From NCBI GenBank assembly GCA_965197645.1, contig OZ240219.1:1312001-1376000 (forward strand): a stretch of 64,000 bases of DNA, given 5' to 3'. The DNA comes from Dehalococcoidia bacterium (GTDB taxonomy: Bacteria > Chloroflexota > Dehalococcoidia > Plut-88900). This document shows, piece by piece, positions 57,005 through 64,000 of this stretch (positions are counted from its first letter, which is position 1; each line of letters begins with the position of its first letter). The position numbers were made by a program, and so were the translations under genes. The notes beneath the pieces are model-generated. The model was not told where the DNA came from. It was given only the letters and a program-made list of their open reading frames with translations, and ran no database searches.

Positions 57005-57171
57005 CCCCCAAACACGACAACAACGCAACGGCGCGGACGAGACCCGCGCCGAGCGAATGACACGACGGAGGATCAGCGATGTGCAGCTAACGGGGAGTCA
57101 CCGAGGAGAAAAGACGGAGCGATGAACGCCGGGTGGGGAGACCCGCCCGGCGCAAGAGAGGAGCAACAGGA

Positions 57172-57474
57172 ATGGAACAACTGACGCAGACCATATCGAA
57201 CCTGGTGGGCATCCTGCTGGGCGTCGTGGGAGCGATAGGCGTGGGCTTCTTCATCTACGGCGCATACCTGTACCTGACGGCCAGCGGAGCGCCCCACCAG
57301 ATGGAGCGCGGCAAGAGCGCAATGATGACCGCCCTCGCGGGCATCGTCCTGGCCCTGGTCGCCTACGGCGTCGTGGAGCTGGTGATGAACGCGGTCGTGG
57401 ACCCCGGAATCGACATTGACAACGTACTGCCCGAGCCGGAAGCGCCGGAAGCCGAAAGCGGCGATGGCGGATAG
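57172..57474 (+). CDS. VirB2/TrbC-like pilin
   Basis: Two TM segments with YGAYLYLTASG...ERGKSAMMTALAG. Confidence 0.75.
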   Translation: MEQLTQTISNLVGILLGVVGAIGVGFFIYGAYLYLTASGAPHQMERGKSAMMTALAGIVLALVAYGVVELVMNAVVDPGIDIDNVLPEPEAPEAESGDGG

Positions 57475-57499
57475 GCCGCGTGAGGAAGGAGAACGAGAG

Positions 57500-59215
57500 A
57501 TGAGAGAACACGAGGTACCGACTCACGTCCAGGCCGAGGACCGGGTGCTGCTGGGGTTCACCTTCCCGCAGGTCGTTGCGGTGGTGGCCGTGTGCGCCCT
57601 GTCCTACGGGGCCTACCGCTACGCCCCGGTCGGCCCGTCCGAGGTGCGCATGGGGATTGCCGTCGTCTTCGGACTGGTCGGCGTGGCCATGGTCGTGGGG
57701 AAGATAGGCGGTCGGCGGCTGCCGTTGGTGGCCGCCGACCTGCTGAAGTACCGGCTGGGGGCGCGGCTCTACGCCGGGCCGGTCTCCCAGCTGGTGAGAG
57801 CCGAGCCGCCCGCGCCGGCGCAGCCGGTCAGGAGCGGCCCCGGCCCGCTGAGCCTGATGGCGAAACGCGCCGGACGCGGGCTGGGAAGGCTGCGCAAGAA
57901 CAGGAAGACCCGCAAGAACAGGGAGCGCCGCAACGGGCGAATGCGCTGGTTCGGCAAGCGCAGGGGGAAGGACGGAGGGAGGGGCCAGCGTCACGACCAC
58001 CGGGCCGAGACCCTTCAGAGCAGACGAAGGAAGCCCCGCATGGGCTGGATTCCGGTGGTGGCCCTGGCCGTCCTGATGGCGGCTGTCGTGGCCGTCCCGG
58101 AGTCGGCCCTGGCCGACGACCACGAGCCCTGGCGGGACGAAATCGACTTCGAGATCGAGGAGCCGGTGGAGGGACGGCGGTTATTCGTCGAGGGGCTGAC
58201 CGTCTCCGGCGAACGGGCCGCCGTGACCCTGCGGGCCGCCACCGCCCTGGACATCCGGGTGCGGGCCTTCGGCGGGCCGACCGGCGCGTGGCTGCGCTTC
58301 TGGGGATCGGCGACGCTGGAGGAGGGGGAGCGCATCGACTACTCGCTCCCGCTCCACGGACCCGCGCCGTCCTTCACCGTCTCGTGGGAGGACACCCTCG
58401 GCCAGGCCGGGGCGCTCACGGTCGAGGAAGCACAGCTTCCCTTCCCCCTGCCGGTCGTGGAGGGGGAGCTTTGCGACCTTCGCGTGACCTCCCTGGGCTG
58501 GACGCCCGGCGCGGTCCGCGGAGTTGTCGAGTCCGAGTGCGTGACGCGCATCGAGCACCCGGTGGAGCTTCAGACGGTGGCCGGGCACGAGAGCGTCACC
58601 GAGACGGCGGTCATGGACGCCCAGGTGACGGCCATCGAAGGGACGGTCTCGGCAGCGACGGGAGCATCGCAGACCAGCGTCGCCTTCGTCCCCAACGGAG
58701 AGACGCGGTTCACGCTGCCGGTGGGAGATGGGGCAGACATTCACGCAGTGACCGTGGACGCGAGCCTTGAGGCGAGCCTCCGCATCCCCATCCCCCCGCT
58801 GACGGTGCTCACCCACCACCCGGAGCGTGTGGAGCAGGTCACCAGGACCGTGCACCTCCATCGCCCGGGGGACAGCGACTCCGACAGCCAGACGGCGACG
58901 GCCGCCTGCGAGGACGGCGCAACGGCGTCCGCCACCGCGACGGCCTACGCCTACGTCCCCAGCGCCACCATCGCCAAACAGGTGACGGTGGACGTGCTGC
59001 ACAAGGAGCACGTCAAGGCCGAGACGGTGGAGCGATCCCCCATCAACCGGAGTCGTGACGAGACCCTGTCTCTGGCGTCCGGTGTCGGCAGCGACGACCC
59101 CTTCGCCGTCCTGGTGCTGCCGGAACCCGAGCCGGAAGACCCGCCCGCCGAGCAGGAGCCCGCCGACGGACTGCGCGGCTGGTTCGAGGCGCTGGGATGG
59201 GAGTGGCCCTGGTGA
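57500..59215 (+). CDS. PrgI/VirB3-like protein fused to a large exported domain
   Basis: HEVPTHVQAEDRVLLGFTFPQ PrgI motif plus 2 TM; internal signal-like segment ...ESALA|DD. Confidence 0.7.
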   Translation: MREHEVPTHVQAEDRVLLGFTFPQVVAVVAVCALSYGAYRYAPVGPSEVRMGIAVVFGLVGVAMVVGKIGGRRLPLVAADLLKYRLGARLYAGPVSQLVRAEPPAPAQPVRSGPGPLSLMAKRAGRGLGRLRKNRKTRKNRERRNGRMRWFGKRRGKDGGRGQRHDHRAETLQSRRRKPRMGWIPVVALAVLMAAVVAVPESALADDHEPWRDEIDFEIEEPVEGRRLFVEGLTVSGERAAVTLRAATALDIRVRAFGGPTGAWLRFWGSATLEEGERIDYSLPLHGPAPSFTVSWEDTLGQAGALTVEEAQLPFPLPVVEGELCDLRVTSLGWTPGAVRGVVESECVTRIEHPVELQTVAGHESVTETAVMDAQVTAIEGTVSAATGASQTSVAFVPNGETRFTLPVGDGADIHAVTVDASLEASLRIPIPPLTVLTHHPERVEQVTRTVHLHRPGDSDSDSQTATAACEDGATASATATAYAYVPSATIAKQVTVDVLHKEHVKAETVERSPINRSRDETLSLASGVGSDDPFAVLVLPEPEPEDPPAEQEPADGLRGWFEALGWEWPW

Positions 59216-59526
59216 GGCGGGCCGTGACGCTGCTGATGCTCACCGGCGCGGCCCTCGTGTTCACGGGGGCTGCGCCGGAGGAGCGCGACACGATGCTGGA
59301 GCAGTTCGACCGCGTGCTCACGGCGATGGCCTACGCGGGCTCCGGCCTCGCCGTCTTCGCCATCGTCTGGGCCGGTTTCATCCTGATGGCCGAGGGAGGC
59401 GAGGAGCGGGGTGGCGGAAGGGCAAAGACCGCCGTCGTCATGGCGGTGGTCGGCCTGGTCCTGGTGCTCTCGGCCAAGGGCGTCGCCGCCCTCCTGAGCC
59501 ACGGCGTCATCCCACCAACCCCCTAG
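59212..59526 (+). CDS. Second VirB2/TrbC-like pilin
   Basis: IVWAGFILMAEGG...RAKTAVVMAVVGLVLVL; GTGA overlap with the upstream gene. Confidence 0.7.
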   Translation: MRRAVTLLMLTGAALVFTGAAPEERDTMLEQFDRVLTAMAYAGSGLAVFAIVWAGFILMAEGGEERGGGRAKTAVVMAVVGLVLVLSAKGVAALLSHGVIPPTP

Positions 59527-59545
59527 AGAAAAGGAAGCGAGCGAA

Positions 59546-61825
59546 TTGAAGAAGCTGCTTGAACGAATCACGAGACGCGGAGCGGGGAGTACCCCTGACG
59601 GGGACGTCGCTCCGCCGGCAATACCGGAGGGCGGACTCACCACGGAGCCGGAATCCAACGCAACGACGGAGACCCCGGTCCCCAAGCTCCCGCCCGAGCT
59701 GCCCCTGTTCTTCATGCTGTCCCACCTGGACGACGACTGTCCCGTCCGCCTGGACGGGGTGAAGCTCGGCGTCTGCGAGGTGATGGGCCTTGAGATAGAC
59801 GAGCCGAAGCTGGGGGCATTCGCCGGGGCGCTCAACGCCCTGGACTTCCCCGCCCAACTGCTCATCAGGCAGCACCCGCCACGTCTGGCAGGGATGCGGG
59901 AGAAGCTGAAGGAGGCCCATCCGGAGGACCTTCCCCCGCAGACGAGGGCGGCCGCCGAGTCCCTTGGGCGACTGCTCACCGACCTTGAGGCAAGGGACGG
60001 CATCCTCGACCGGCGCTTCTACGCCGTGTGCGAGGCGGCCCGCATCGACGACCTGCGGGGCCTGCTTGCAAGAGCCGGGCTTTCCGTCCACCTGCTGAAG
60101 GGCAGGCAGCTCCGCATGTTCCTGGTGGCCGCAACTCTCGGCGGCTCACCCTCCGAGTTCGACGAGGAGACGCCCGTCGAGGTGGAGATAGGACGCCGCG
60201 ACATGCGCGTCGGAGACCGGCTGGTCCGCTCCCTTCACCTGGGCAAGTGGCCCCGGTCGCTGGCCCCCGGCTTCCTGCAAGGACTCATGGCGGCGGGAGC
60301 TCCGATGGACCTGGCCGTCCACGTCGGCCCGATACCGGCGGAGCAGGCGGCCAGGACGCTTGAGTGGCAGAAGGTGCGCTTCGAGTCGGCGCAGTCCCTC
60401 TCCTTCAAGCGCGGGCGCACCATGTCCCCCGAGGCGGAGATCGCCCTGGAGGACATCACCCGGCTGCGCGACGAGGTGCAGCGGGGACGGGAGAGGCTCT
60501 TTCATGCGTCGCTGTCAGTGACGCTCCATGCGAAAGACGAGGCGTCGCTCAGGGAGATGACCCAGCGGGCGAAGGCCCACTTCGGAGCGACCCTGGGCAA
60601 GCTGGACGCCCTGGCCTTCCGGCAGAGGGAAGGTCTCTTATCTACCCTGCCCCTGGCCCTGAACGCCGTGGCCGAGTGGCGCAGCCTGGACACCTCCAGC
60701 ATCGCCCGTCTCTTCCCCTTCTCACCCCCGGACCTGGACACCCGCTCCGGGACCCTCTACGGCATCGACATGCGGGCCTGCTCCCCGGTGGTCTACGACC
60801 CCTGGGACGGAACGCACCTCAACGCGAATACGGCTGTGTTGGCCCGCTCCGGCTCAGGAAAATCCTTCGCCACCAAGCTGGGCGTGCTCAGGGGATTGAC
60901 GAGAGGCATCACCGCCTACGTCATCGACCCCGAGGGCGAGTACGCGGACATGGCCCGCGCAGCGGGCGGGCGCGTTCTCAGCCCCGGCGTGCCGGGCGAG
61001 GGCATGAACCCCTTCGTCATCGACAGGGGCGACTCCGAGGAGCTGCTCCAGCGCATCGGCAGCCTGAGACGCCTCATTGAGGTGATGGTGGGGGAAAGCC
61101 TCGGCGCGGAGCGACGGGCCTCCCTCGACCACGCCCTGGCGGGCTACTACGCCCAGACCCGCGAGCGCACCGGCTTCCGAGACTTCTACGCATATTTGCA
61201 AGAAGACGAGGCGGGAGACCCCGCTCTCGCAAGGCTGCTCCGGCCCTTCGCCACCGGCAGCCTCAGACACCTGCTATCCGACGAAGGCGATGACCTGCTG
61301 GGCAACGAGGCCCTGGTCACCGTCTTCGACCTCCGCCTCCTCGAACCGGAGCTTCGCCCCGCCGCCGCGATGGTCTGCACCGAGACGGTGTGGGCCGCCG
61401 CGGCCCAGGACCCCAAGCCGAGGCTGCTGGTGGTGGACGAGGTGTGGTCGATCATGCAGCACCCCGAAGGCGCGGCCTTCATGGTCAGCATGGCGAAGCG
61501 GGCGAGGAAGCACCGGCTGGGGTTGCAGTTCATCACCCAGGACGTCCAGGACCTCCTCTCCGAGGACACGTCGAGAACCATCACCGGCCACTCCGGTCGC
61601 GCCCTGCTCCAGAACGCCGCCTTCAAGCTCCTCCTCCAGCAGGACGCGGCGGCGATAAGCACGGTGGGAGACGCCTTCGACCTTCCCCAGGACCTCCAAC
61701 GCTGGCTCCTATCGTGTCCGCGTGGAGACGGGCTGTTGCTGGCACGAGGCAACCGATTCCCCGTGCGCATCGAGGCCACGCCGGAGGAGACGGCGGTAAT
61801 CGAGTGGACGCCCGGACGCCATTAG
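59546..61825 (+). CDS. virB4: VirB4-like T4SS ATPase
   Basis: Walker A ARSGSGKS, IDPEGEY, MNPF, Walker B LVVDEVW, RARKH...ITQ. Confidence 0.9.
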   Translation: MKKLLERITRRGAGSTPDGDVAPPAIPEGGLTTEPESNATTETPVPKLPPELPLFFMLSHLDDDCPVRLDGVKLGVCEVMGLEIDEPKLGAFAGALNALDFPAQLLIRQHPPRLAGMREKLKEAHPEDLPPQTRAAAESLGRLLTDLEARDGILDRRFYAVCEAARIDDLRGLLARAGLSVHLLKGRQLRMFLVAATLGGSPSEFDEETPVEVEIGRRDMRVGDRLVRSLHLGKWPRSLAPGFLQGLMAAGAPMDLAVHVGPIPAEQAARTLEWQKVRFESAQSLSFKRGRTMSPEAEIALEDITRLRDEVQRGRERLFHASLSVTLHAKDEASLREMTQRAKAHFGATLGKLDALAFRQREGLLSTLPLALNAVAEWRSLDTSSIARLFPFSPPDLDTRSGTLYGIDMRACSPVVYDPWDGTHLNANTAVLARSGSGKSFATKLGVLRGLTRGITAYVIDPEGEYADMARAAGGRVLSPGVPGEGMNPFVIDRGDSEELLQRIGSLRRLIEVMVGESLGAERRASLDHALAGYYAQTRERTGFRDFYAYLQEDEAGDPALARLLRPFATGSLRHLLSDEGDDLLGNEALVTVFDLRLLEPELRPAAAMVCTETVWAAAAQDPKPRLLVVDEVWSIMQHPEGAAFMVSMAKRARKHRLGLQFITQDVQDLLSEDTSRTITGHSGRALLQNAAFKLLLQQDAAAISTVGDAFDLPQDLQRWLLSCPRGDGLLLARGNRFPVRIEATPEETAVIEWTPGRH

Positions 61826-61842
61826 AGAAAGGAATAGCACCC

Positions 61843-64000
61843 ATGAAGCTGAACACGAAGAACCTGCTGTTCGGGGACGACCGGGACAAGAAAAGTCCCG
61901 TGCTGCTGGCGGTGACGCCGCCGCGGGCGGGCGAGCGCACGCTCCTGGGAGTGGAGAACCTCCTCCAGTCCATCGCCGTGCCGGAGCCCTTCTCCCTGGA
62001 GCTTGCCGGGGACATGGACGGCGTGACGCTGATGGCCCGCTGCCTGGACGACCGGGTGGTGCGGGGCCAGCTCTCCGCCCACTACCCCCAAGCCCGCATC
62101 CAGACGGTTGACCCGGAGGACGACCCCCTGCGTGTGGGCGAGAAGGAACAGGCGTGGAGCATGACCCTGCGGGCGGACGGCCCCGAGTACGTCCCCCTCA
62201 GGACCTTCAGGGACGACGACCTGCTCGACCCCGGCTCCGACCCCCTCATAGCCCTCATGGGCGCTCTGTCCGCCCTCTACGAGGGGGAGCGGGTGGTGGC
62301 CCGTCTGTTGCTGCGCTCCCTCGGCCCCGACTGGTCCCAGGCCCACATGGACAAGGCCCACAAGCGGCCCGGCATGGAGCCGAGGGAGCCCGCCTACACC
62401 TTCCAGACCAAGCCTCTACAGATGGACGGCATCACGATGGCCGTGCTGGGCATCGGGGCTCTGGCCGCCCTGAAGGGCTATCTGTGGGTGCAGGACGGGG
62501 AGATATGGAAGGCCGCGCTCCTTGGGACGGGAACGGCGCTGGGACTGGCGGCAGGCGGCTGGGCGTGGTGGCGGTGGAAGCGAGCGCGGAGTCGAGTCGA
62601 AGACCCGATCCTGATACAGGAGAAGGTGTCACGCATCGCCTTCGACGCCGAGCTCCAGGTCACGGCGATAGTGCCCTCACGCACGGGGCCGCAGCGGGCC
62701 GGGGAGCTTCTCGGCCCCGTGGCCGCCGCCTACCGCCACTACGACAACCCCGCAGGGGCGCGCTTCAAGGTGGACAAGGTCCGGCCCGTCGCGCCCGACC
62801 GGGAGAACCTGCACCCCCCAGGCCCCGGCCTGTTCGGGGGGCGCAGCGTCCTGGGAGTCCGGGAGATCGCCTCGCTGTGGCACCCGCCCGGAGCGGGGGA
62901 CGAGACGCCGTTGGTGGAGCGGTCCGGCGCGAGGGCGCTCAGCCCGTCGGCGAAGGGAACCAGGGGCGGCGCGCTGGTGGGCGACACCACCGCGGGCGCC
63001 AGGAGGGAGATCCGCTTTCCCGCAGACCTGCTGCGTCGTCACCACCTCTACGTCGCCCGCACCCGCATGGGCAAGTCAACCCTCATGCACCACCTCGTCA
63101 CGCACAAGATGCAGGAGAAGGCGGCGGGCAGGGACGGAGACGCCATCGTGGTCGTCGATCCCCACACCGACCTGGTGGCCGGCATCCTCGAACACGTCCC
63201 CGACTCCCTCGCGGGCCGCGTGCGCCTCATCGACCTGTCCGACGAGACCCGCTCCCCCGGCATCAACCTGCTGGACACCCGCATCTTCTCCGACCGGGAC
63301 CGCACCGCCGACTCGGTGGTGCGCGTGGCGAAGGGCCTGTGGGAGCAGTGGGGGCCGAGGATGCAGTCGATCCTGGAGCAGACGGTCAAGACGCTGCATG
63401 AAGCCAACGAGCAGATGGAGGCGGAGCGGCAGTTCACCATCCTCGACGGGCTCAAGCTCCTGTCCAACGACCCGTTCCGCAAGGACGTGCTCAAGAAGGT
63501 CTCCGACCCCTACCTCCTGGAGTGGTGGGGCAGCACCTTCACCGGCTGGAGCCGCGACTACAAGGCCGACTCCCTGGCCCCCGTCCAGACCCGCCTCTCC
63601 TACTACGCTTCGTCGAAGCGGGCGCGGGCCATCCTGGGCCAGCGCCGCTCCACCATCGACCTGCGCCGCACCGTCCACGACGGCGGCGTGCTTCTCGTGT
63701 CCACGTCCCAGGGGACCGTCGGCAGGGACGTGGCCGCCCTGGTGGGCGCGTCGCTCCTGAACCTCGTTGACGCCGTGATCCGGGAGCAGGGACGGCTGCC
63801 ACTCCACAGGCGCCGGGGCGCGCTGGTCGTGGTGGACGAGATGCAGTCGATGCCCGGCGTGGACTACGAGAGCATGTTGTCCGAGCTGGGCAAGTTCGGG
63901 GCGAGCTTCATCCTGGCCACACAGAGCCTCGCCAAGCTGGACGACCTCTCCCGCACCATGCGGGACACCGTTCTCGCCAACGTGGGCTGCCTCGCCGTCT
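61843..64000 (+). CDS. virD4: VirD4/TraD-like type IV coupling ATPase (partial, runs off the right edge)
   Basis: Manual translation from ATG 61843 (MKLNTKNLL...): two TM segments, HLYVARTRMGKST, VVVDPHTDL, WGPRM, VVVDEMQS and ELGKFGASFILATQ. Confidence 0.85.
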   Translation, partial: MKLNTKNLLFGDDRDKKSPVLLAVTPPRAGERTLLGVENLLQSIAVPEPFSLELAGDMDGVTLMARCLDDRVVRGQLSAHYPQARIQTVDPEDDPLRVGEKEQAWSMTLRADGPEYVPLRTFRDDDLLDPGSDPLIALMGALSALYEGERVVARLLLRSLGPDWSQAHMDKAHKRPGMEPREPAYTFQTKPLQMDGITMAVLGIGALAALKGYLWVQDGEIWKAALLGTGTALGLAAGGWAWWRWKRARSRVEDPILIQEKVSRIAFDAELQVTAIVPSRTGPQRAGELLGPVAAAYRHYDNPAGARFKVDKVRPVAPDRENLHPPGPGLFGGRSVLGVREIASLWHPPGAGDETPLVERSGARALSPSAKGTRGGALVGDTTAGARREIRFPADLLRRHHLYVARTRMGKSTLMHHLVTHKMQEKAAGRDGDAIVVVDPHTDLVAGILEHVPDSLAGRVRLIDLSDETRSPGINLLDTRIFSDRDRTADSVVRVAKGLWEQWGPRMQSILEQTVKTLHEANEQMEAERQFTILDGLKLLSNDPFRKDVLKKVSDPYLLEWWGSTFTGWSRDYKADSLAPVQTRLSYYASSKRARAILGQRRSTIDLRRTVHDGGVLLVSTSQGTVGRDVAALVGASLLNLVDAVIREQGRLPLHRRRGALVVVDEMQSMPGVDYESMLSELGKFGASFILATQSLAKLDDLSRTMRDTVLANVGCLAV

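Larger units (their letters stand above)
14743..64000. mobile_element. Composite genomic island/ICE region downstream of tRNA-Asn (defence cargo plus conjugation module); boundaries uncertain
   Basis: Shift to AT-richer DNA right after the tRNA; defence genes; T4SS genes from 56 kb. No integrase or tRNA 3' duplicate seen in the window. Confidence 0.55.

Noticed and set aside
62154-63807. 415-aa, 243-aa and 120-aa ORFs near the right edge
   Set aside because: Off-frame or antisense to the open VirD4-like frame starting at 61843

Overview
The window has three parts. (1) Positions 1-14.6 kb are a GC-rich chromosomal catabolic region with four amidohydrolases, three SDRs (two of them a tandem duplicate), VOC enzymes, a glycosyltransferase, an amidase, an MFS transporter and REP-like palindromes. 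This paralogue-rich content suggests a Dehalococcoidia/SAR202-like Chloroflexota host (inference). (2) tRNA-Asn(GTT) at 14668-14742 is followed by a compositionally patchy accessory and defence island (about 14.8-38 kb). It carries a HAD hydrolase with a small partner gene, an MpaB/Lcp oxygenase with MMPL, a small-protein/aspartyl-protease pair, an Mrr-like nuclease and a four-gene Druantia type I-like operon under an excisionase-type HTH. It also carries a CBASS-like pair (frameshifted CdnE-type CD-NTase plus a deoxyribohydrolase/TIR-like effector with an unrecognised C-terminal domain) whose effector is translationally coupled to a one-polypeptide GAF-PAS-kinase-REC-wHTH regulator. Two orphan copies of a conserved peptide tail (TVDG.xFE.WLG.L*) probably mark recombination junctions. 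(3) Positions 38.5-64 kb look like an ICE: a 2833-aa mosaic surface protein behind a poly-C tract, a helicase, a five-HTH regulator, highly structured intergenic DNA, an iteron-like array with about 42-45 bp spacing, and a conjugation module (VirB6/TrbL, two pilins, PrgI, VirB4, VirD4-like) that runs off the right edge. No integrase, relaxase or CRISPR array is visible. All family calls come from reading motifs, not from database searches.
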